This document shows, in pieces, positions 7,101 through 13,057 of a DNA stretch of 17,464 bases. This DNA is from an uncultured bacterium (GTDB lineage: Bacteria; Myxococcota_A; UBA796; CAJQPC01): contig CAWVYO010000046.1 in the NCBI GenBank assembly GCA_963934385.1, forward strand, positions 1 through 17,464, in the 5' to 3' direction. The position numbers were made by a program, and so were the translations under genes. The stretch's first letter is position 1. The number at the start of each line of letters is the position of its first letter. The notes beneath the pieces are model-generated. The model was given only the letters and a program-made list of their open reading frames with translations, searched no databases and was not told where the DNA came from.

Positions 7101-9261
7101 AGTCATTATCTAGTCCGTCGTTACACTCGGTTGCACCAACACCTGACTCAACATCCGTCCCGTCACAGTCGGGGTCTTCAGCATCTATCCAGCCATCAGA
7201 ATCGTTGTCCTGAAGGTCGTTACAATCAGTAGAGATGTCTGTTTCGTCGTTGTCACTACCCTCGTTACAACCAGGATCTTCTGAATCAACAAGCCCATCT
7301 AAATCGTTGTCGCTACCGTCATTACACGCAGACGAAGAAGTTGACGGTCCCTCTTGATTATCAGTTGCCGTACCGTTGCAGCCCGGATCGTCATCATCTA
7401 TCCAGCCATCGGAGTCATTGTCCACCGAGTCGGAACATGCATACTCTTGCTCATAGAGGTCACCAGCATCATCGCAGTCATCGTCAGCAGAGTCGATGTC
7501 GCTGTCGCTGTCATTATCGACACCGTCGTTACACTGAGTTCCCGAATACCCCGTCTCTGTGCTACCTGTGACACAGTCCGGGTCTTCAGCATCTATGTAA
7601 CCATCGGAGTCGTTGTCCAACAGATCTTCACACTCACCTGCCTCAACCGTATCACTGGCTGCAGTACAGACCGTATCGAGAGCGTCTATATAGAAGTCTC
7701 CATCGTTGTCTATCCCATCGTTACACTCAGTTGAGCCCCAACCACTCTCGGAGCTGCCAACCGAGCAGTCTGGGTCATCCGCATCGATCCAGCCATCGGA
7801 GTCATTGTCCACCGAGTCTGAACAGTAGTCTTCCTCAGCGTCGTCCAGCGCATTGTCACAATCTACGTCATCAGAGTCGACCTTTCCGTCAAAGTCGTTG
7901 TCCGATCCATCGTTACACTCAGTAGTGCCGTAGCCCGCCTCGGTATCTCCTGCATCACAGTCCGGATCGTCTAAATCGATCCATCCGTCGGAATCGTTAT
8001 CCAATGAATCAGAACAGGCTTCTGCCTCGGTATCGTCGGCTGATGAGTCACAGTCAACGTCGAAACCGTCGATATCACTGTCACCGTCGTTATCTAAACC
8101 ATCGTTGCACTCAGTTGAGCCCTCAAAGCCAGATCCTTCGCTCTCGCCGTAGATACTGCCAAGACAACCCAGATCGTCAATATCAATCCAAGAGTCTGCG
8201 TCGTTATCCAGCCCGTCTTCGCAGTCGTTAAACTCGGTGTCATCTAAGGCATCGGCACAACTAGGATCAAAGAAGTCAGTAGACAGATCACCGTCGTTAT
8301 CAACACCATCGTTGCACTCAACTGAGCCATAACCGACCTCTTCATCCCCAGTCGTACAATCGGGATCGTACACGTCAGTCCAGCCATCGCCGTCGTTGTC
8401 TACCTCATCGGAACATCCCGGCAGAAACTCTGTAGCTAATGAATCGATACACTCTGGATCATCGGAATCAGTGAGACCGTCGTTATCGTTATCCAGACCA
8501 TCATTGCACTCATAATCGGTATAGTCGCCGTTCTCTACACCCGCTACTAGGCACTCTGGGTCGTCGGCATCAGTCCAGCCATCGAAATCGTTGTCTAGAC
8601 CGTCGTCACAGATACTTATTTCTGATTCATCAGTTGCGACATCGCACTCTTCGTCCTCACGATCAATGAGACCATCTTCGTCGTTATCTAGACCGTCATT
8701 ACACTCGCCATCGCCAAAACCAGTCTCCTCAATCGAAGAGTCGCAGTCGGGATCTTCCTCGTCAACCCAACCGTCTAAATCGTTATCGTCTCCGTCATTA
8801 CAGGGGTGAATTGGCGTATCTAAGAGTGAAAACCCTGTGATCGTCACCTCTTGAACGGTCTGATCAGCAAAGGAGTATTCTTCGGTTGCTGGAGAAGATG
8901 CGATCAAAGTCACACCACTCCAACCAAGGGCCAAGAAGCTCATAGAGGGACTGTTGTTCCCCTGCTTCAGCTCTAATATTTTAAACCCCTCGTCCAGATC
9001 ATACAGATAGGCGGCCTCTAACTCGGGGTCGTCTTCTACCCAGTCAGCGAACAATAGAGCGCCCTGCTCTCCAGCCACTATCTCATCTCCAGACGAATCT
9101 AAAAACGGGCTGCTTGGATCTATAATAACACCAACAGCATCTGCCATTCCCGATAGGGCGCTAGCCTCCTCAGTATCGATTCCAACCAAAATGGAAGTGG
9201 GGGTCTCTGGAGCCGTACAGGCAGACAACAAGATCGCCAATGGGATAATATTTAACTTCAC
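4183..9261 (-). CDS. Giant (1692 aa) highly acidic tandem-repeat lipoprotein built from about 46 Cys-bracketed DxDxDG-type putative Ca2+/metal-binding 21-mers (MopE-like / thrombospondin-type-3-like motif), preceded by a ~150-aa N-terminal domain of unknown function
   Basis: The GTG start at 9259-9261 has an AGAGG about 9 nt upstream. A lipoprotein signal 'MKLNIIPLAILLSAC' gives a lipobox L-S-A-C. Residues 154-1690 consist of repeats with core 'C-[NS]-D-G-x-D-N-D-x-D-G-x-x-D-x-x-D-P-x-C', alternating between a 'DGW[IVT]D..DPDC' subtype and an 'ECNDG.DND' subtype. Asp and Glu are extremely abundant, Lys and Arg almost absent, and there are about 93 Cys. A long ORF running through a repetitive region with no frameshifts argues that this is a real gene. 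Confidence 0.9.
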   Translation of the reverse strand: MKLNIIPLAILLSACTAPETPTSILVGIDTEEASALSGMADAVGVIIDPSSPFLDSSGDEIVAGEQGALLFADWVEDDPELEAAYLYDLDEGFKILELKQGNNSPSMSFLALGWSGVTLIASSPATEEYSFADQTVQEVTITGFSLLDTPIHPCNDGDDNDLDGWVDEEDPDCDSSIEETGFGDGECNDGLDNDEDGLIDREDEECDVATDESEISICDDGLDNDFDGWTDADDPECLVAGVENGDYTDYECNDGLDNDNDGLTDSDDPECIDSLATEFLPGCSDEVDNDGDGWTDVYDPDCTTGDEEVGYGSVECNDGVDNDGDLSTDFFDPSCADALDDTEFNDCEDGLDNDADSWIDIDDLGCLGSIYGESEGSGFEGSTECNDGLDNDGDSDIDGFDVDCDSSADDTEAEACSDSLDNDSDGWIDLDDPDCDAGDTEAGYGTTECNDGSDNDFDGKVDSDDVDCDNALDDAEEDYCSDSVDNDSDGWIDADDPDCSVGSSESGWGSTECNDGIDNDGDFYIDALDTVCTAASDTVEAGECEDLLDNDSDGYIDAEDPDCVTGSTETGYSGTQCNDGVDNDSDSDIDSADDDCDDAGDLYEQEYACSDSVDNDSDGWIDDDDPGCNGTATDNQEGPSTSSSACNDGSDNDLDGLVDSEDPGCNEGSDNDETDISTDCNDLQDNDSDGWIDAEDPDCDGTDVESGVGATECNDGLDNDSDGSVDTDDSECFDALDDVESSSSTDCTDGEDNDEDGWRDDLDPDCSTGTEELGTSSSECNDDSDNDGDGDVDFDDIGCDDGFDDDEVDGTCYGDGLDNDSDGWIDDQDPDCDEDEDELGYGDSECNDGVDNDGDLLIDEVDTGCDSAYDTVEDDNADDCENGSDDDGDGWSDADDIDCLSTGNESATTSFACNDGLDNDSDGTIDAADSDCIVAWQDYEQAEPVCTDFEDNDSDGWVDTDDPDCSFSGEEVGFTTVVCNDGIDNDSDGDIDSDDSDCEDALDEDEDSLDATCLDGTDDDSDGWVDDEDPDCFNGGVESGGAAGLAECNDGVDNDSDGDIDANDTGCDDAWDNLELSASSTDPCSDELDNDSDGWIDSDDIDCGVYGLELGWGTSVCGNGIDDDSDSLVDAEDSGCALAIDSNESDPDSTCSDLLDNDFDSWIDGDDPDCVLGVSEDNSFASTACHDGVDNDLDSFVDGDDPQCLNAWANQEDALAAGSCINAIDDDLDGWVDDTDPDCMFGNAERGAFPSACNDGVDNDLDGYADAEDPGCLEALMDTEVDGDVTCSDSSDNDGDGWTDDDDPDCLLGYAEDGSWQVACSDGLDNDSDGYADSTDSDCDSGFDVIEGDGTSCDDQSDNDSDGWIDDDDPDCWYVGEEVGFITSECNNGADDDNDSYTDGNDTGCDNAWDSLETNPGSVCSDSSDNDSDGWIDDEDPDCVTSTAEAGYTGAAECNNGVDDDGDALVDSEDSECLDAWDNLEATVADATCSDGADDDGDGWYDSDDPDCSWSATELGYETSFVCNNGTDDDADGYTDADDFGCESAFDADESHLAECADTIDNDGDGWYDTDDPDCATSATLYEQGGYSSSYVCNNGLDDDSDGLIDSDDLGCADAVDSDEADPITECNDTLDNDSDGWVDTDDPDCPTSTTATEQGGYNVAYQCNDSLDNDFDGFSDSQDPECASGWDNAEQ
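4186..8802 (-). repeat. Imperfect coding tandem repeat: about 23 di-repeats of ~200 bp (about 46 21-codon motif units plus linkers) inside the giant lipoprotein gene
   Basis: The first repeat Cys is residue 154 (codon at 8800-8802) and the last repeat ends just before the stop. The nucleotide sequence is GAC/GAT/AAC/GGN-rich and recurs with period ~100 and ~200 bp. Copies are diverged, with no long identical stretches, which is consistent with an old array under selection. Confidence 0.85.
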
Positions 9262-10343
9262 GGTAGCAACACCTCTACATCACCAGTTGGTGCCGGTTCA
9301 GGCTTCATTGATTCGGCGACAACTGCCCCCGTGACACCCACTCCTACAGTTCCAGCACCTACAGCAGCCCAGAAGGTCCAGCGAGATGTAAGCGGGGATA
9401 TAATCTCCAGAGTCGAGCTGTCTGGTGATCCCTCCTGAAACAACGTGGCCCTGTAGCTTACTCTTCCCTCTCTAGGGACCCTCACCGACCGCTCAACAAC
9501 CTGAACTCCAGGAGCTTCTACCCTTACAAGGTAAGTCCCTCGAGCAATATCTAAAGAGACCTTAGGACCCTCTCCAATTAGATGACCGTCCACATAGACC
9601 AGGGCACTATCGTTTCCCGTCTTAACCAGAAGCTCGGGCGAATCGGCCACCATTGTGACCTGTACATCCCCCCTAGTACCATCAGACGTGTCGACCTCGC
9701 GCAGCGCTGTGCCATAACCTTCTAATTGGATACGCACGCGGTGAGCCCCACTCTCAATCTCTGTTAGACTCAGGGGAGTTACACCAACAAGTTCGCTATC
9801 TAGATATACATTTGCACCGCTTGGGTTCGAGCCAAAAGAGAACAGACCTTGGGATGACTGTAACTGCTCAAAAATGAGTACATTGGCTCCATCCGTGTAT
9901 GTGAAGCTTCCAGAGACTGGTTCGTGCTGCGGCGCAATCAATGTGAACTCGTGATCGCCAACGGGCATGTCACTAAGCCTAATAGGAGCGCTACCCATAG
10001 CCTGACCATCAACTGTTACTGTCGCGCCAGTTGGGGTCACCATAAACTCTACTGTACCGCTGCCAGAGAATAGCTCTGCAGATACTTCACTGGGAACGCC
10101 CTCCGATATACCAACCCTAGTCGCCCAGGGAGTGAAGTTATCCGCCACGATCCTTATTGAGTGACTACCTACAGTCAACTCACCTTCATACGGGGTGACT
10201 CCGACCTCTACGTAATCGACGTAAACATTAGCGCCATCAACGTTTGAAACAACCGATATTGTTCCCATTGGATCAGCCAAGGCAGAGGATCCTACGAATA
10301 GGCATATAGGCAGCAGGTGTTTGATGGTTCTTATCAAGCTCAT
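9258..10343 (-). CDS. PEGA-domain protein (4 tandem PEGA domains) with N-terminal signal peptide and C-terminal transmembrane anchor
   Basis: The ATG at 10341-10343 has an AGGAGA about 11 nt upstream. The signal peptide is 'MSLIRTIKHLLPICLFVGSSALA'. Four segments fit the PEGA pattern G-A-x-V-Y-V-D-G-x-x-[LV]-G-x-T-P...G-x-H-x-[VI]-R-[IV]: 'GANVYVDYVEVGVTP..GSHSIRI', 'GATVTVDGQAMGSAP..GDHEFTL', 'GANVYLDSELVGVTP..GAHRVRI' and 'ALVYVDGHLIGEGP..GTYLVRV'. The C-terminal hydrophobic stretch is 'WTFWAAVGAGTVGVGVTGAVVA'. The TGA stop at 9258-9260 overlaps the GTG start of the downstream giant gene. Confidence 0.85.
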   Translation of the reverse strand: MSLIRTIKHLLPICLFVGSSALADPMGTISVVSNVDGANVYVDYVEVGVTPYEGELTVGSHSIRIVADNFTPWATRVGISEGVPSEVSAELFSGSGTVEFMVTPTGATVTVDGQAMGSAPIRLSDMPVGDHEFTLIAPQHEPVSGSFTYTDGANVLIFEQLQSSQGLFSFGSNPSGANVYLDSELVGVTPLSLTEIESGAHRVRIQLEGYGTALREVDTSDGTRGDVQVTMVADSPELLVKTGNDSALVYVDGHLIGEGPKVSLDIARGTYLVRVEAPGVQVVERSVRVPREGRVSYRATLFQEGSPDSSTLEIISPLTSRWTFWAAVGAGTVGVGVTGAVVAESMKPEPAPTGDVEVLLP

Positions 10344-10405
10344 TGGGCCAGTTTTCTCCTTTGAACAGCGATCGACACCTTACCACAGAGTAGAGGAAAC
10401 CACAG

Positions 10406-11206
10406 CTATCTGATCGCAATTCCATCGTGATAGATAGCCCAATAAACAGATCCTGCACCTAGAGAGAGTATTATCGGCAATGCTACTGCCCCCCATTGAG
10501 AGGGAGTAACACTCAAAATAACTGGCTCATAAACTGGAGCAGATCGCCCTGTCCTGGACGGCAACAGAGTCACCACCTCGACCCTATCCTCCATCCTGGC
10601 TCCTTCAACCTGGACTAAGTGACGCCCCGGAGAAAGCGATGAGATTTCCACTAATTCTTGATTTGAGATATTGCGCGTAACGCCATCAACTATCAACCTT
10701 GCAGCTGCTGGCTCTAATTCTACAATTAGATCGGCTGTGGTGCTAAACAGTAAGCCCGCTGCTGCCAGGTCGACCCCGCCTCCACGAGGTAGGTTCATCT
10801 GTAAAGGCTCTACAAGGAGCGCTCCTTCGGCTCCAAATATCTGTGTGTAGCCTATCTCTCTTGTACCCAAAAAACCTAATTCCACCCTCACCAGTAAATC
10901 CAAACCAAGGGACGTTACAGCGTCACGCCAACAAACTCCTCGTTCTCCGCAGCGCTCTCCTAAACTGGCAAGAATCCCCGCGTTAGAGCTTCCGTCCGAA
11001 AGCGAGGAGGTCAATTCGTAGTTGACGCTACCTCGAAAAAACTGCTCAAACCCCTCTACTGTCTTGGGGCTAACGGACACCGGAAGAGAGGCGTCATCAA
11101 CCACAGCCACCCCAACGCCCAAAGGCGCAGGCCAGCTCTCTACAGACTCTACAGCCTGTGAAACTCCACTCAAAAGGAACATGGGGATCAAGAGTTTCAA
11201 GCACAC
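10406..11206 (-). CDS. Secreted, membrane-anchored hypothetical protein with one PEGA-like segment
   Basis: The GTG start at 11204-11206 has an AGGA just upstream. The signal peptide is 'MCLKLLIPMFLLSGVSQA'. The PEGA-like stretch is 'ARLIVDGVTRNISNQELVEISSLSPGRHLVQVEGAR'. A C-terminal TM segment reads 'WGAVALPIILSLGAGSVYWAIY'. No other recognisable domain is present. Confidence 0.65.
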   Translation of the reverse strand: MCLKLLIPMFLLSGVSQAVESVESWPAPLGVGVAVVDDASLPVSVSPKTVEGFEQFFRGSVNYELTSSLSDGSSNAGILASLGERCGERGVCWRDAVTSLGLDLLVRVELGFLGTREIGYTQIFGAEGALLVEPLQMNLPRGGGVDLAAAGLLFSTTADLIVELEPAAARLIVDGVTRNISNQELVEISSLSPGRHLVQVEGARMEDRVEVVTLLPSRTGRSAPVYEPVILSVTPSQWGAVALPIILSLGAGSVYWAIYHDGIAIR

Positions 11207-11220
11207 TTTCCTAAAGCCCG

Positions 11221-11736
11221 CTACTGTAACAACCCTGACAATTCGGACTCAAGCTCGGACTCGAGCTGCCCGGCGTTCGGGGCTCCGACTGCAAACAGGT
11301 CGCCACTGGGGTCGATAATAAAGGTCATTGGCAGCATAGATACACCGTACCTCGCCGCAACAACACGATGATTGTCACGCAACACAGGGAAGTCTAGTCC
11401 CTGACCCTCGATCCAATTCGAAAGCTCACCGAGCTCGCCCTGATCAACGCTTACTCCAAAAACCTGAAGCCCGTCACGACGGTGGGAATTATAGACTGAA
11501 TTAAGTTCAGCCAACCCACTACCACCGCTATCTTTAGCAAAGAAATAGAGAACTACACTGCTTCGATTAGAAGGATCATCTGTAATCTCTGCCAAAGATA
11601 TCCTAGAGCCAGACGCTTCTGTTGTCGCCTCGTTAATAGCCGGAAGACTAAAAAGACTCGCTGGCTCACCTACACTTGGGACCTGAGCATTTGCGGCAAG
11701 AGAAAATAACAATGGAAATATTAGGCTCACGAACAC
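11221..11736 (-). CDS. Thioredoxin-fold (TlpA/ResA/redoxin-like) secreted protein with the CxxC active site replaced by SGGS, predicted redox-inactive
   Basis: The signal peptide is 'MFVSLIFPLLFSLAANA'. The protein is collinear with the TlpA/AhpC-TSA redoxin pattern: 'VVLYFFAKDSGGSGLAEL' corresponds to 'vLvnFWAsWCgPCr.E.P', so Ser sits at both Cys positions. Then 'GLQVFGVSVD', 'GLDFPVLRDNHRVVAARYGVSMLPMTFIIDPSGDL' and the cis-Pro 'LP' before the beta-strand are conserved. The annotated start is the GTG at 11736. The GTG two codons downstream (11728-11730) has better AAGAGG spacing and may be the true start. Confidence 0.7.
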   Translation of the reverse strand: MFVSLIFPLLFSLAANAQVPSVGEPASLFSLPAINEATTEASGSRISLAEITDDPSNRSSVVLYFFAKDSGGSGLAELNSVYNSHRRDGLQVFGVSVDQGELGELSNWIEGQGLDFPVLRDNHRVVAARYGVSMLPMTFIIDPSGDLFAVGAPNAGQLESELESELSGLLQ

Positions 11737-11821
11737 CTCTTAGTGGATAGGCTACCGAGTAGTGAGAGTATCTCTTATAGTATGCTCGGTAAACCCCTTG
11801 CTTTCAAGTTGAGCCAAAATA

Positions 11822-13054
11822 ATGATGCCAATTCCATCACTTGTCGCCAAACTGGCGCTCTCGATATCAGCCGAAGGAGGGCGACTGTTTGCTGTGGGCG
11901 GATGGGTTAGAGACAACATCGCTATGCGCGGTTCAAAGGATGTTGATCTAGAAGCTCACAAAATTTCCAGCGAGGATCTTGAGAGAGTTCTGCTAGCCCA
12001 CGGTAGAGTCGACTTTGTGGGGAAGAGCTTTGGGGTATACAAGGTCACAATAGGAGATCAAACGCTGGACGTATCACTACCTCGACGCGACTCATCCCCT
12101 ACATCTGTGCAGCCTGACCCTTTCATGGGAGTATCTGAGGCCGCCCGGCGCAGGGACATCACCATAAACGCTATAATGCTAGACCCCATCTCACAGGAAA
12201 TAGTCGATCCGTTCAACGGAGTTTCAGATCTAAAAAATGGGATTCTAAGAGAGGTGGACGCATCACTCTTTGGTGACGACCCCTTGAGGGTATTGCGCGT
12301 AGTCCGGTTCGCCTCTATTTTCGAATTCGAAATAACGGAATCGTTAGCCACGCTGTGTAGAGGTTGCGACCTTTCAGGGATACCCGTAGAGAGAATTCTT
12401 ACGGAATTGCACCGCATAATGCTCGAGTCACCAAACCCTCAGACCGCCTTAAAAGTACTTGAAGACCTAGGCCAACTCAACACGGTGATCCCATTCACCG
12501 CTGGAGCCTCTTTGGATCAAATGTACGACAACTGGAGCGCTGCGTCTGAATTGCGCGCTGATCTTAAGAGTGACGCTCAGCGGTTAGTTCTTATGTGGGG
12601 TGCCCTTTTACACGCATCTGGCAACCCACCTACTAAAGCACTTAGCTACTTTAAGATTCGTCGTTACGGAAAAGCACCATTAGTAAAACAGGTCACAGGT
12701 CTGCTTGAAACACTGCGTTCGGGTACCGAAGATCTAAACACACTTTTGCGTACAATGGCTGAGCACTGTGACATTTCGGCTGGACTAGCTCTCTATATTG
12801 CTACCAATTCCAGCGTAATACCTGGGTTAGATAGAACAGAGCTGTACGGTCGCGCAAAGACCCTAAATATAGTAGATGGTCCACTCCCTGTACTTATAGA
12901 CGGGCAGACCTTGAGTGACCTAGGTGTTGCAGATGGTCCGGATATGGGTCACTGGATAAAAGCAGTTCGCAAAGCTCAACTATCGGGAAGGCTCTCCACA
13001 AAGACAGAAGCCAGTAACTGGCTTGTAAACCAACTAGACCTCACTGGAGATTAG
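11822..13054 (+). CDS. tRNA nucleotidyltransferase (CCA-adding enzyme) / poly(A) polymerase family protein (class II polymerase-beta-type head domain; no obvious HD domain)
   Basis: The head-domain motifs are 'AVGGWVRDNIAMRGSKDVDL' (the GGxVRD nucleotidyltransferase motif with catalytic D..D) and 'RRDITINAIMLD' (the RRD-[FI]-T-I-N-A motif). Length is 410 aa. The ATG is at 11822 with a second ATG in tandem, and the RBS is weak. Confidence 0.8.
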   Translation: MMPIPSLVAKLALSISAEGGRLFAVGGWVRDNIAMRGSKDVDLEAHKISSEDLERVLLAHGRVDFVGKSFGVYKVTIGDQTLDVSLPRRDSSPTSVQPDPFMGVSEAARRRDITINAIMLDPISQEIVDPFNGVSDLKNGILREVDASLFGDDPLRVLRVVRFASIFEFEITESLATLCRGCDLSGIPVERILTELHRIMLESPNPQTALKVLEDLGQLNTVIPFTAGASLDQMYDNWSAASELRADLKSDAQRLVLMWGALLHASGNPPTKALSYFKIRRYGKAPLVKQVTGLLETLRSGTEDLNTLLRTMAEHCDISAGLALYIATNSSVIPGLDRTELYGRAKTLNIVDGPLPVLIDGQTLSDLGVADGPDMGHWIKAVRKAQLSGRLSTKTEASNWLVNQLDLTGD

Positions 13055-13057
13055 GAA

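Noticed and set aside
4186-8802. Whether the regularly spaced repeats could be a CRISPR array or a satellite
   Set aside because: The repeats are inside one uninterrupted ORF. Units are diverged at DNA level and conserved at protein level. There are no identical 25-40-bp direct repeats separated by unique spacers.
4304-8809. Many 60-240-aa ORFs on both strands inside the giant gene. Examples are 5729-6448 (+), Ser-rich; 4533-4943 (+), His/Arg-rich; and 7354-7734 (+), Val/Ile-rich.
   Set aside because: They are shadow frames of a GAC/GAT/AAC-rich repeat. Low codon diversity suppresses stop codons in the other frames, and the resulting translations are low-complexity (poly-S, H/R or V/I). The 1692-aa minus-strand frame, with its signal peptide and perfectly periodic motif, is the real gene.
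10273-10458. 61-aa minus-strand ORF spanning the PEGA/PEGA-like intergenic gap
   Set aside because: It overlaps both flanking genes, is in a different frame, and sits on the RBS region of the PEGA gene.
11022-11318. 98-aa plus-strand ORF antisense to the PEGA-like and redoxin-like genes
   Set aside because: It is an antisense overlap with two supported genes, has an Arg/Thr-rich low-complexity translation and has no RBS.
12058-12417. 119-aa minus-strand ORF inside the CCA-family gene
   Set aside because: It is antisense to a motif-supported CDS.
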